A stretch of DNA of 64,000 bases, taken from Blastocatellia bacterium UBA7656 (lineage in GTDB: Bacteria > Acidobacteriota > Blastocatellia > UBA7656). The notes beneath the pieces were generated by a model. That model ran no database searches. It saw only the letters and a list, made by a program, of their open reading frames with translations, and was not told the origin of the DNA. Made by a program: the position numbers and the translations under genes. Position 1 is the first letter of the stretch. Every line of letters begins with the position of its first letter. Below are positions 20,762 through 30,363 of the stretch, one piece after another. Where the stretch lies: positions 48,603 through 112,602 of the forward strand of contig DLHY01000109.1 of NCBI GenBank assembly GCA_002483445.1, given 5' to 3'.

Positions 20762-21166
20762 TCAATCGACCCCGATGCTCAATTCCTGTTGGCCTGAGCG
20801 CCAGAGAATGAAAACCCCGCCGTTGCCATTCTCGCGAAAAGTGATTCGATTTATATGCCGCAATGCTTTGGCATGTTGTAGTTCTTCAACCTTCTGCCTG
20901 CGAATGTCTAGGAATAGAGTCCTGTTTCTGCTTCGGAAGCACACCTGAGTCAAATCGGTATTTTCGGCATACGCATCGATCTCTCGAAATTCCGGCGGGC
21001 AGGCTTCCATCAGCGCCTTCCATAGAGCTTTTCGCTTTTCACTCTCATCGGATTGAAGTTTAGCGGTTTTATCATAAGGCGATGTGGCAGTGGTCGTCAC
21101 AATCGCGGATATGAGGAGAACCGCGAGGATCAAGGCGATGGAAAAACCGAGTCGCTGAATCGTCAT
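20762..21166 (-). CDS. Hypothetical exported protein
   Basis: GAGGAG RBS; N-terminal hydrophobic signal. Confidence 0.6.
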   Translation of the reverse strand: MTIQRLGFSIALILAVLLISAIVTTTATSPYDKTAKLQSDESEKRKALWKALMEACPPEFREIDAYAENTDLTQVCFRSRNRTLFLDIRRQKVEELQHAKALRHINRITFRENGNGGVFILWRSGQQELSIGVD

Positions 21167-21190
21167 AAAATACTCCTCTTCACGCCACTG

Positions 21191-21874
21191 TCAGGCAGCA
21201 ACCAGTCGATTGTATTTGCCCGTGGCGAGGAAGTATCCGCAGGCCATCATCATCACGCAGAACAGCCACAGCGCGCCGCTCGGCGTCGTCGGAAGTATGG
21301 TAATGGATGCCAAGACAGCCGACGGGAAGATCAGAACGAACGACCACGCAAGCCATCGCGCTAAAAACTTCCGCCTCAGCGCGGACACGCCCACCCACAT
21401 CGAGCCGATCATGATGAAGTTCATCCCCATCATGTGTACTGCGTAAGCTGTGTTGGCCAGAGGATTGGTTCCGGGCGTCGGTGTGGTCAATCCGTTCTGA
21501 TGCCAGGTCCACGTGTGTATGGCATCGCCCGGAATCACCATGCAGAGTCCCGCGAGTATGATCCAGTAGCCTTTCGTTTGAAGTCGGCCCTGAGCATCTC
21601 TCATCTGGCCAGACAATCCGACGAGGCCAGCAAGCATAAGCAACAACGCAAGGGTGTATGCGCTGCCATAGGCCATCCACAATCCCGGAGGAGATGCGAA
21701 CTGTAGCAGGCCGCCGAGTGCATCCTGAGCGGCTTTGACCCAAGCGGGTTCCGGGACGACAGCCCAGCCGGTCATGTACTTGATGATGACCATGACGGGG
21801 GCGAGAAGTAATCCCATAGCGCCGCCCGCGATGGCGACGTACCCGATGAAGGAATAACTTTTTTTCATGCGCAT
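21191..21874 (-). CDS. Hypothetical multi-pass membrane protein
   Basis: About six hydrophobic helices. Confidence 0.7.
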   Translation of the reverse strand: MRMKKSYSFIGYVAIAGGAMGLLLAPVMVIIKYMTGWAVVPEPAWVKAAQDALGGLLQFASPPGLWMAYGSAYTLALLLMLAGLVGLSGQMRDAQGRLQTKGYWIILAGLCMVIPGDAIHTWTWHQNGLTTPTPGTNPLANTAYAVHMMGMNFIMIGSMWVGVSALRRKFLARWLAWSFVLIFPSAVLASITILPTTPSGALWLFCVMMMACGYFLATGKYNRLVAA

Positions 21875-21952
21875 TCTCCGAAGTTGATCTGAGGCTCTGG
21901 TTGCTGTCTGACATTTACTTGCGCGTCTGTCGGCAGCCCGATCTTTTTATAC

Positions 21953-22216
21953 TCATCCGACAGACACGATGTATTCTGTCACTACTGAACTTCGTTCTCG
22001 CGCTCGTCGCGCAGGTTCGAGCAATTCGCGCACGGTGATGATGAGTTCATCGACTGTTTCAGGAGTGAAGGACGCTTCGCCATCCGCTGGACAAACCCAT
22101 GCATAGACATTCGGGATGCGAACTGAAACGCCTTCTTCTTTATACTCGAAAGTCGTCGGTCGCCATTCCTTCGGAATTTTATGCTCCCCGCAAATAGGAA
22201 TTGCTTGCTCGCTCAT
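21953..22216 (-). CDS. YgiT/MqsA-type zinc-finger protein
   Basis: PICG, IPNVYAWVCPADGEASFTPETV. Confidence 0.8.
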   Translation of the reverse strand: MSEQAIPICGEHKIPKEWRPTTFEYKEEGVSVRIPNVYAWVCPADGEASFTPETVDELIITVRELLEPARRARERSSVVTEYIVSVG

Positions 22217-22257
22217 ACTTTTTTCTCTGGCTTGCGCCGCTGCACAATGTCTGATTC
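22213..22257 (-). pseudogene. Probable 3' stub of a DUF4258-type toxin
   Basis: Reads ESDIVQRRKPEKKV* with its stop overlapping the YgiT ATG (ATGA), like the W-x-x-D-x-x-x-R-R tails of YgiT partners. Confidence 0.45.
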
Positions 22258-22474
22258 AGGTATATATCAAACGTCCTTTAGGCTCCGGTATAGGCCGCCC
22301 CAGTTCCTTTGCCGTTTCGATCCACTCTCGAATTATCACATCTACGTTAGCGAGGGCTTCCGCATAAGTTGCCCCGTCTGCCGCGCAGCCCGCGAGTTCA
22401 GGGACTTCGGCAATGAAAGCCTCATCTTCCGCGCTCCAGTAAATTACTATTTCATATTTGTAGTCACTACTCAT
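22256..22474 (-). CDS. hicB: HicB family antitoxin
   Basis: YEIVIYWSAEDEAFIAEVPELAGCAADGATYAEAL...GRPIPEPKG. Confidence 0.92.
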   Translation of the reverse strand: MSSDYKYEIVIYWSAEDEAFIAEVPELAGCAADGATYAEALANVDVIIREWIETAKELGRPIPEPKGRLIYT

Positions 22475-22727
22475 CGCTTTCTCCTGTCAGCTTATAACGA
22501 AGAATCACGCCGCGAACTTGTTTCACCTGATAGGCTTTAGCTTTTGCGCCTCTTGGCTGAAGATTGAGGATTTCCTCAACATCCTCTTTTGTGAAAATGT
22601 GATGGCTGCCTCGTATGCGCTCATCAAAGCCCAGATGACGCAACAGGCCGCGCAATTCATCGAAAGAGACATTTGAATCTGAAGCCCCGCGCAGAACCTG
22701 AAGCAATGTTTTGTCATGTCTGGCCAC
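22467..22727 (-). CDS. hicA: HicA family toxin
   Basis: LGFDERIRGSHHIF...LNLQP..KAKAYQVKQV; overlaps hicB. Confidence 0.92.
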   Translation of the reverse strand: MARHDKTLLQVLRGASDSNVSFDELRGLLRHLGFDERIRGSHHIFTKEDVEEILNLQPRGAKAKAYQVKQVRGVILRYKLTGESDE

Positions 22728-22791
22728 GCGGCAAATCTAGCATATTCGCTTGCATCTACTCCACTACGGGCAGCGATTCGCTTTTCACCTT

Positions 22792-23283
22792 CTATTTCCC
22801 GCTGCTCTCATCCGCACTGACTTTCAAAGAATAGTAGCTCCCACGCCGCGAGCCTGAAACGGTTATGCGCCCCTCAAAGTTTCCGCTCCTGTAATCGAAG
22901 TAGAACTCATTCGATTCCCGATAGCCGCTTCCAGTGACAGAGCCGCCGCTCGCTTCGATTTCTTTTTTGATCTGCGTCTTGAGAGCTTCCATAGACTCCC
23001 GCTCATCGAATCCGGCGTCGCCCGCTTCGTTAATCATAAAGCCGCTTGCGGATGAATGATGGGTCTCTGCACCGCGCTGTCCGACCATGCCGCTGATGCC
23101 CCCGATACCACCTGCTGGCCCTGAATAATTTATGGCTTCATAGCCGGTACTCCTGGCTGATTTCTCCAGAGAGAACGCAGACAGGAATTTGCTTTGCGGC
23201 ATCTGCCTGAACATTCCGCATCCTCCAGCGGCAAACATAGCTGCTGTTGTCAGCGCAAGTAAAGTTCTCTTCGTGTTTTTCAT
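22792..23283 (-). CDS. Hypothetical lipoprotein
   Basis: MKNTKRTLLALTTAAMFAAGGC lipobox-like signal from ATG 23283. Confidence 0.65.
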   Translation of the reverse strand: MKNTKRTLLALTTAAMFAAGGCGMFRQMPQSKFLSAFSLEKSARSTGYEAINYSGPAGGIGGISGMVGQRGAETHHSSASGFMINEAGDAGFDERESMEALKTQIKKEIEASGGSVTGSGYRESNEFYFDYRSGNFEGRITVSGSRRGSYYSLKVSADESSGK

Positions 23284-23370
23284 TTCGAGCAACGAAGTAT
23301 AGTAAATACTTGCCCAAGAAACTCGGGCCTTGCAGGACAAAAGTCGACTCGATCCAACTAATGAGGCAGT

Positions 23371-25536
23371 CTACCTTCGCGCGAAGCTGAACGCTCGCGA
23401 TAGCCTGCCATCCGAGTTGCGTACCTGCAGCACAACCGGCTGCGCGCGTGGCATCTTCTTGCAGGACTTTTTGGCGATCAGGTGTCTTGTCGCGTTCTCA
23501 TCATCGTTTTTGGTCTTCTGAGATTCCCCGTTCATCATTATCACGGCGCCAGCATCAAAATTCCTGCCAAAGATAAACAACTTCTTGCCGCTGCACTCCG
23601 CGCCAGTGATGATGATCGCGTCGGGGGGCAGAGTGGTTGACTCAATACTTCGGAAAACGCTGCTGGCATAGCCGCCTGTAAACAGATAGCCCTCCGCGCT
23701 TGCGACGATTGTGCTGACAGAAGGGTTTTTCAAGCCCGTGTTGACTTCAGTCCATGTATCACCTTCGTTCGATGAGTAATACACTCCATTAAATCCCGCG
23801 GCGATTACATCGCCGTTTGAATTTATCGCGACCGAAAGGACTCCCCCTATGTTTGATAGCCCCTGATTGACGCGCGTCCAGTTTTCTCCATTGTCAGTCG
23901 AGCGAATAACCCCGCGCCCAAGCGCCGCAACGAAGATATGACGGTTTGACTCGTTGATGGCTATCGCCGGAAACATCTCATCAGGAAGGCCCGTGTTCAC
24001 CTTTGCCCAGCTTTCGCCATTGTCCGCAGATCGAAAGAGTCCCTGATTAGTGCCAGCCAGTATAGCGCCGGTCGATGTTACGGCAAGCGCCCACACTTCA
24101 GAGATGGTCAGTCCATTGTTTATTTTCGTCCAGCTTTCGCCATTATTAGTAGAACGGAATATTCCTTCGCCTCCCTTCCGCGTTTCGGCATCGCCCGTCC
24201 CTGCAAAAAGATGTCCCTGAGAATTGACGGCGATTGAGGCGATTATCGGGTTCGCTAAACTGCCTGTGAGTTCTTCCCATGTCCTGCCATCATCGGAGGA
24301 ACGGAAAACTCCTCCCTTCTTTCCTATACAACCGAGCCCAGACCCGGCAAGGAAGACTCCATTCGGAGCGGCAACTAAAGCCTGCACGCACGGAGTTTCG
24401 ACGCCGAGATGTGTCCAACTGTCGCCGAGATCGGTAGAACGAAATATCCCTCCATCACCGACAAAGACAGTCCCAGCGGAGTTCAGGATGATCGCGCGAA
24501 CTCTGAGACCAACCAATCCCGTGTTGGCAGGCTGCCATCTCTCTCCGTTGTCGGTCGAGCGATGAATCCCCGTGGAATGGCCCACGAAGACTTGGTCTTT
24601 AGAGTTGAAGGAGATCACCTTGGGGTGGCTCTCGGCCAATCCCAGTCCTGAGTTAATCTGAATCCAGTTTGCTCCGTTATTCAGTGAGCGGAAAACTCCG
24701 TTGCCTCTGGTGGCGGCAAAGACGTGTCCGCGGGAGTTTGTGGCGACGCACTGAACGCCTGCGCCGCGGTTGCTCAATCCGGTATCGTTCCAGATTACGC
24801 CGTCTGTCGAGCGGTAAACACCCCCGCGATCGATTCCCGCGAACATGTTGCCGTTCGGCGCTGTGTTCAGACTGGCGACATCGATTCCATCGAGGCCCGT
24901 TTGAATCCAGGTCTCGCCTCCATCGGTTGAGCGGAAAATCCCTTTCCCTATAGTCCCGGCAAAGATGTCGCCAGTCGGGCTGACATTAAGAGCAGGCACC
25001 GTAATACTGGCAAGGTTCGGGCTTACCTGAGTCCAGCTTTCTCCGTTATCTGTCGAGCGGAAGATGCCGTCTCCCTTGAATCTCTGAATGTATTCCCCGG
25101 TTCCTACGAACAGGTGTCCATTGGAATTGATGGCAAGCGATGAAACCGTATATCTCGGATCGTCCGGCGACCCGGTATTGGTCAGACCCGTATTCATCTG
25201 AGTCCAGGTATCGCCATTGTCTGTAGAGCGGAAGACCCCGTCGAAGAGGGTTCCTGCGAAAATATGGCCTCCACCACTGGAAGCGATAGACAAAGTGTGC
25301 AGCCGCCTCAAACCGATAACTGTCCAGCTTTCGCCATCGTCTGTAGAGCGGAAAATCCCGCCGCCATCAGTTCCGGCAAAAATATGGCCGTTCGATGCGA
25401 CAGCGATTACCCAAACGCCGGCACTGTATGGGCCATTGCTCTGCTGCCAGGTAATGTTCTGTGTGAATACCAGACTGGAAGTAGATAACACCGCGAGGCA
25501 TAGGGCGCACAGCCAGGGGCCACGAATTCGTTTCAT
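23371..25536 (-). CDS. Secreted BNR/Asp-box beta-propeller protein with C-terminal Ig/IPT-like domain
   Basis: About a dozen FRSTDxGxxW repeats, signal peptide, distinct ~80-aa C-terminal module. Confidence 0.9.
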   Translation of the reverse strand: MKRIRGPWLCALCLAVLSTSSLVFTQNITWQQSNGPYSAGVWVIAVASNGHIFAGTDGGGIFRSTDDGESWTVIGLRRLHTLSIASSGGGHIFAGTLFDGVFRSTDNGDTWTQMNTGLTNTGSPDDPRYTVSSLAINSNGHLFVGTGEYIQRFKGDGIFRSTDNGESWTQVSPNLASITVPALNVSPTGDIFAGTIGKGIFRSTDGGETWIQTGLDGIDVASLNTAPNGNMFAGIDRGGVYRSTDGVIWNDTGLSNRGAGVQCVATNSRGHVFAATRGNGVFRSLNNGANWIQINSGLGLAESHPKVISFNSKDQVFVGHSTGIHRSTDNGERWQPANTGLVGLRVRAIILNSAGTVFVGDGGIFRSTDLGDSWTHLGVETPCVQALVAAPNGVFLAGSGLGCIGKKGGVFRSSDDGRTWEELTGSLANPIIASIAVNSQGHLFAGTGDAETRKGGEGIFRSTNNGESWTKINNGLTISEVWALAVTSTGAILAGTNQGLFRSADNGESWAKVNTGLPDEMFPAIAINESNRHIFVAALGRGVIRSTDNGENWTRVNQGLSNIGGVLSVAINSNGDVIAAGFNGVYYSSNEGDTWTEVNTGLKNPSVSTIVASAEGYLFTGGYASSVFRSIESTTLPPDAIIITGAECSGKKLFIFGRNFDAGAVIMMNGESQKTKNDDENATRHLIAKKSCKKMPRAQPVVLQVRNSDGRLSRAFSFARR

Positions 25537-25605
25537 ATCGCACTCCCCTTTTTCGGTTTCTCACTGCTTTGTTCAAACGGCGGCTCTCCATTTGCGCGAA
25601 GCCGC

Positions 25606-26064
25606 CTAAAGTTTACTGATGCTCCCGCCGGATGCAAGCCAGAAATAACCCTCGCCATCTCCTCTTACACTCTGCGCTTTCTTTCGCTGATCGAGAATAA
25701 ACTGCGCCTTCGCCTTGTTCTGCGACACGCGCAGGTATTCGCGCTTGAGAGATTCCATCTCATCTCGCTCCCGCGCGCTCAAACTGCCCTCGCCATCTTT
25801 CCTCAACAACACAGTGAACCGTCGCTGGCGTTTCGGCGAAAGAAAGCCATTCGCTATGGCCTGCAAAGCCTCATCGTCGAGCAACGTCATTCGCGCTAAA
25901 TCCGTCGCCAGTTCAGGCGTGAAATCATCCGACATCGGAGGCAATGCGGCCTCAATCGCTGAGACGATGACATCTTCAGCATCGCATCTGGCAAGGCGCG
26001 CTGTTCGCTTCACTCGTTGATAAAGTGACCCCGGCAAACGCAATTTCAACTCTGTCGCTCCCAT
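25606..26064 (-). CDS. Antitoxin-like hypothetical protein
   Basis: RHH-like N-terminus ([13 protein letters not shown]), [23 protein letters not shown]; AGGAG RBS just after ruvB. Confidence 0.6.
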   Translation of the reverse strand: MGATELKLRLPGSLYQRVKRTARLARCDAEDVIVSAIEAALPPMSDDFTPELATDLARMTLLDDEALQAIANGFLSPKRQRRFTVLLRKDGEGSLSARERDEMESLKREYLRVSQNKAKAQFILDQRKKAQSVRGDGEGYFWLASGGSISKL

Positions 26065-26076
26065 AATTCGCTCCTT

Positions 26077-27120
26077 TTACTCTCCAAACAAACTGCCCTG
26101 ATCTATTGAGCGCGTGGTCGGAGGATAGTCATATCCTAAATGCTCGAATGCCCGACGAGTCGCCATCCTCCCGCGCGGCGTGCGATTCAAGAATCCTATC
26201 TGGATCAAATACGGCTCATATATCTCTTCTATCGCGTCGCGCTCTTCGCTTATCGCCGCCGAAAGCGTTCCTAACCCGACAGGGCCGCCATCGAATTTGT
26301 CTATGATGATGCTCAACAACTTGCGATCTACTTCATCAAGCCCATATTTATCGACTTCCATTTTATCCAAAGCATCGCGCGAGACCTCATCCGTTATCCG
26401 CCCATCGAACCTCACTTCGGCGAAATCACGAACGCGCCTCAACAACCTGTTCGCTATCCTCGGCGTCCCGCGCGACCGACGCGCTATCTCATCCGCTCCG
26501 CTCTCTTCGAGATGAACTCCGAGAATCGAAGCCGACCTCAAGGCGATCACTTTCAAATCATCAGGCCCGTAAAAATCCAAGTGCAGCGGAATCCCGAACC
26601 TCCCGCGCAGCGGAGCCGTTATCAATCCCGCGCGTGTCGTCGCTCCAACGAGCGTGAAACGCGGCAGGCTGATCTTGATCGATCTCGCCGACGGCCCCTG
26701 CCCGATGATGATATCTAATTGATAATCCTCCATCGCCGGATAAAGCACCTCTTCAATCGCGGGGCTGAGGCGATGAATCTCATCGATGAACAATACATCG
26801 CCTTCGGAAAGATTCGTGAGCAGAGCCGCAAGGTCGCCCGCTTTTTCCACCACCGGCCCTGCGGTGGTTTTTATTTCGCTCCCCATCTCGTTCGCCACGA
26901 TCATCGCAAGCGTGGTCTTGCCAATCCCCGGCGGGCCGTACAACAAAACGTGATCCAACGATTGACCGCGACGGCGCGCGGCTTCGATGAAAATTGACAG
27001 ATTGTCTTTTACTTTCTGCTGGCCGATGTACTCGCGCAGCCACTTGGGACGCAGGCTCAACTCGAACTGCTGCTCATCGGTGTCCTGCGCATCGCCTGAC
27101 ACTACTCTCTCTTCCGACAT
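26077..27120 (-). CDS. ruvB: Holliday junction branch migration helicase
   Basis: [49 protein letters not shown]. Confidence 0.98.
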   Translation of the reverse strand: MSEERVVSGDAQDTDEQQFELSLRPKWLREYIGQQKVKDNLSIFIEAARRRGQSLDHVLLYGPPGIGKTTLAMIVANEMGSEIKTTAGPVVEKAGDLAALLTNLSEGDVLFIDEIHRLSPAIEEVLYPAMEDYQLDIIIGQGPSARSIKISLPRFTLVGATTRAGLITAPLRGRFGIPLHLDFYGPDDLKVIALRSASILGVHLEESGADEIARRSRGTPRIANRLLRRVRDFAEVRFDGRITDEVSRDALDKMEVDKYGLDEVDRKLLSIIIDKFDGGPVGLGTLSAAISEERDAIEEIYEPYLIQIGFLNRTPRGRMATRRAFEHLGYDYPPTTRSIDQGSLFGE

Positions 27121-27234
27121 TGAACACTCTCCGGATTTGCAAGTAGGGGTTTCTAGCCGGAGAGTTTACCACAGATTGTGTGCGCGTCCCCAGCCGTTAC
27201 CAAATTTTGTGGGCGGCGAGTATAATCTCCGGGA

Positions 27235-27302
27235 AGTCGAGAGTCTGGAGTCTGGAGTCGAGAGTCGTCTGACTGCAGACTCCAGACTCCAGACTCCAGA
27301 CT
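27235..27302. repeat. Heptamer-tandem palindrome (GAGTCTG)n/(CAGACTC)n
   Basis: Inverted tandem arrays between a TATAAT (27221) and the ATG at 27307. Confidence 0.9.
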
Positions 27303-27306
27303 AGCC

Positions 27307-28617
27307 ATGTCCAGATTTCTGCACATAGCCGACATCCATCTTGGCATCAGGCGATACAATCTGCCTGATCGGACGAACGATTTCTTTCGCGCGTGGCAGG
27401 AGGTCATCGAGCGTTATGCCATCGGGCGTCGAGTTGATTTCGTTCTGATCGCGGGCGATCTCTTCGACCGCCGCAACGTAGACCCGCAGGCCGCCAATCA
27501 CGCGATGATTATGCTCCGCAAACTCGAAGCAGCGCGCATACCCGTCCTCGTCATCGAGGGCAATCACGATTCGCACGAGTTCACTTCGCGCTTTAGCTGG
27601 CTGAGGAGTTTTTCTCAGTGGGGATACATAAAACTGCTCGAACCCGAATGGACGGACGGCACGCCCTCGCTTACTCAGTGGAATGACGTTGAGGCGCGCG
27701 GCTCTTACATCGATATCGGGGATGCGCGCATATTCGGCTCTATATGGTTCGGCACAACCATCGGTCAGGCTTTGCCTCTGATGTCAGAAGCCGTTCGCCA
27801 GAATCGCCGCGAGGGGGCGACGAACATAATGCTACTGCATTCCGATATCGAAGGTCAGGTCAATCGCCCTGTGCAAAATGCGCTGTCGCTTTCGAAGCTC
27901 TCGCTGCTGCGCGGCGCGGTTGATTACCTTGCGCTCGGCCATACGCATAAAAAATTCGACATAGAAGAGTGGGCATTCAATCCCGGCTCGCTCGAAGCCT
28001 GCAACGTCGATGAGGTCGAAGCGGAGCGCGGCGCTTACATCATCGAAACCGACGGCCCGCGACTGAAAATCGAATTCGTCAGCGCAGGCGCCGATTATTT
28101 TCAGCGGCCTTTCAAAAGGATCGAATATCAGATCGACAGCCTGGATGAGCCTGATCAGGCCCGACAGGAGATATTCGAATTCCTGCGCGAGCAGTGCGCC
28201 AAAGACGAGGAAGACGATCTGAAAAAGCCTATCATCGAACTTACTCTCCGCGGGCAACTCGCTTTCAAAAATTCCCTGCTTCGCCTGGACAAGCTCAAGG
28301 AGCAGGCCATCGAAGAACTCAGACCGCTCGGCTTGATAATCAATAACAAGACTATTCCGAAACAGCTTGCCGTGGCCCTTGGGCTTGGGCGCGACACTCC
28401 GCGCAGCGAGCGCGAACTGAAAGTTATCGAAGACATCATTCGCCCCGATCCGCGATTCGGCCATCGCGCGCAGGAATTCGCCGCGCTCATAGTCGAGGCC
28501 AAGCGGCTCGCGCTCGAAGGCGAATCGCCCGAAAAAATTCTTCGCCTGATCGAAGACCGTCTGTTTCAGGCCGCAGCAGAACACGAACAGGCGGCGCTGG
28601 CTGAAGGCGCGGATTGA
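27307..28617 (+). CDS. SbcD/Mre11 family metallophosphoesterase nuclease
   Basis: DIHLG, GDLFD, GNHD, LLH, LALGHTH, NPGSLE motifs. Confidence 0.9.
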   Translation: MSRFLHIADIHLGIRRYNLPDRTNDFFRAWQEVIERYAIGRRVDFVLIAGDLFDRRNVDPQAANHAMIMLRKLEAARIPVLVIEGNHDSHEFTSRFSWLRSFSQWGYIKLLEPEWTDGTPSLTQWNDVEARGSYIDIGDARIFGSIWFGTTIGQALPLMSEAVRQNRREGATNIMLLHSDIEGQVNRPVQNALSLSKLSLLRGAVDYLALGHTHKKFDIEEWAFNPGSLEACNVDEVEAERGAYIIETDGPRLKIEFVSAGADYFQRPFKRIEYQIDSLDEPDQARQEIFEFLREQCAKDEEDDLKKPIIELTLRGQLAFKNSLLRLDKLKEQAIEELRPLGLIINNKTIPKQLAVALGLGRDTPRSERELKVIEDIIRPDPRFGHRAQEFAALIVEAKRLALEGESPEKILRLIEDRLFQAAAEHEQAALAEGAD

Positions 28618-28622
28618 TTCGC

Positions 28623-28729
28623 CAGAAGTCAGAAGTCAGGAGTCAGAAGACAGAATGAACGAGGAAGTCGGCGCGAGCGCCTCCGCTTTCTTTCTGACTC
28701 CAGACTCCAGACTCCAGACTCCAGACTTC
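28623..28729. repeat. Heptamer-tandem palindrome (AGTCAGA/AGTCAGG)...(CCAGACT)n
   Basis: Direct reading; ends just before ATG 28732. Confidence 0.9.
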
Positions 28730-28731
28730 TC

Positions 28732-29346
28732 ATGAACAAGCTTCCTGAAGAAGGAGAGATATGGGAGTGGCGGGCGTTCGGTCACATAAGCGACCGGTTG
28801 GCTGCGCGAGTGCGCGCCCGTCCCGTGAGAATGAATATACTCGATCAAAGGGAAGAAGATATCTACTTCATCTCCTGCTTGAACGATCAGAACGTCAAGC
28901 TCCGTAAGTGGCGCGGGCTGTGGTTGCTGAAACTCAAACTTTTGCTGCGCAAGGCGGCGAATTCGATGGAGCTTTACACAGAAAGCCCGCGAATGATGTT
29001 TGCTTTTCCTGTGCCTCACTCCACGCTTGAGATTGCGGCGCGACTGCTCGCCGTCAAACTGCCTGAACTGGCAGAGGTCTCTTTTGAAAAAGATCAGTTC
29101 ACCGAAGCGATGGAGCGCGCCTCGCCGCCCGCTCTCATAGTCCGTGTATCGAAAGTCCGCTCGCAGTTCGAATTCGACGACGGCTGGGTTGAGCTTGCAG
29201 AAGTGAAGTTTCCGCGCGCAGAGATGCAAACGATTTCAATACAATCGCCTGGTCTGGAAGCGGCAGAAAAAATCATGAGCGAGCTTGGGCAGGACGCTGC
29301 GCTTGAGGCGATGAATTACGTCGAGGCTTGCAGGCGATGGGGGTGA
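28732..29346 (+). CDS. CYTH-like (triphosphate tunnel) protein
   Basis: WEWRAF, EEDIY, NVKLR, KLK, V.K.R, ELAEV, MNY pattern. Confidence 0.55.
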   Translation: MNKLPEEGEIWEWRAFGHISDRLAARVRARPVRMNILDQREEDIYFISCLNDQNVKLRKWRGLWLLKLKLLLRKAANSMELYTESPRMMFAFPVPHSTLEIAARLLAVKLPELAEVSFEKDQFTEAMERASPPALIVRVSKVRSQFEFDDGWVELAEVKFPRAEMQTISIQSPGLEAAEKIMSELGQDAALEAMNYVEACRRWG

Positions 29347-29347
29347 A

Positions 29348-30358
29348 TCAATCAGGGTCTTTTTTCAGCCGCGCCAGTTGTCTCCTCTTCGTTTCGCTCA
29401 GTATCACGCGGGCCAGCAGTTTGCCTTTATCATTGAGTGTCGAGTAGGCAGGGTCGGCGAGAGCTTCATCAAGGGTTATGAATTTCACGCCGAGACTTTT
29501 GTACCAGGCGAGTATTTCGCCGAGGTTGTCGCAGAGGAACTGACCGGTTTTGAGCATCAGGATATGTTTGACCTCGCCGCCGGCGCGACGGCGCGCAATC
29601 GAGCGCGCTTTGATAGTCGAATCCAGGAGCAGTTTCTTGAAGTATTCCTTTGTCAGATTGGCGCAGGTGTGATCCTGGCGAGCGAGCGCGGCGCAATATA
29701 TTTCGCTGAATGCGTCTGTGGGAACCTCTATCGTGGCGGGTACGTCTGTGTATCCGTTGGTTTTAAGATAGGCTTCTATCTGATCGCGCGTCGCGGGGTC
29801 GTGACTTGTTTTCAAGAACGGAAAGCGGAAGTATTTTTTCGCTGACTTCGATTCCTTCCGCAGAGGGGCGAGAAACTGCTCGCCTCGCGCCACGTCTTCG
29901 ATGAAAGCCTGTGGCGCGTTGTTTTTAATTCTCCTGCGACTGAAGGTGAGGTTGCCGACCGAGTTGCCGACGGCGACCCATCTGCCAAGCAGGCTCATAT
30001 CGGCATAGTGGCCGCTGATGAAAGCGACAGTCGGAGGCATCGAGTGATGGCGGAGCGCGTCGAGGAGATTTTCAAAATTCTCGACGCTGTTTTCATATTC
30101 GCACCAGCTATCGATCCCTTTCTCCGGCTCGCCGCTGGCGAGTATCATCCCGTTTATCGTCAGGGCGATTTGCATTCCCTCAAGCGAAGGCGGCTCCTTC
30201 TCTTCATTTTTAGCGCGAAGCAGAGCGGCGAGAGTCGGAATGGCGTTGAGGTCTTTCATGCATTCCGAGAGCGGCGGGTTTTGCGGCGGCCTTCGAAGAG
30301 ACGTGCAGCCGGGGAGAAGAAACGATAAAGTGATAAAGGCTATGAGAGAATTTTTCAT
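29348..30358 (-). CDS. Polysaccharide-deacetylase-fold lipoprotein, probably inactive
   Basis: Lipobox LLPGC; NodB layout (IALT, GN.T.S, YFRFPFL, FITLDEALADP) but catalytic D/H residues substituted. Confidence 0.75.
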   Translation of the reverse strand: MKNSLIAFITLSFLLPGCTSLRRPPQNPPLSECMKDLNAIPTLAALLRAKNEEKEPPSLEGMQIALTINGMILASGEPEKGIDSWCEYENSVENFENLLDALRHHSMPPTVAFISGHYADMSLLGRWVAVGNSVGNLTFSRRRIKNNAPQAFIEDVARGEQFLAPLRKESKSAKKYFRFPFLKTSHDPATRDQIEAYLKTNGYTDVPATIEVPTDAFSEIYCAALARQDHTCANLTKEYFKKLLLDSTIKARSIARRRAGGEVKHILMLKTGQFLCDNLGEILAWYKSLGVKFITLDEALADPAYSTLNDKGKLLARVILSETKRRQLARLKKDPD

Positions 30359-30363
30359 GACAT

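Noticed and set aside
21180-21914. 244-aa alternative-frame ORF
   Set aside because: Overlaps the membrane protein gene on the same strand; R/H-rich composition typical of a wrong frame
20762-26064. Integron cassette array
   Set aside because: No integrase and no recurring RYYYAAC...GTTRRRY attC structure; only one hairpin near 25578-25605
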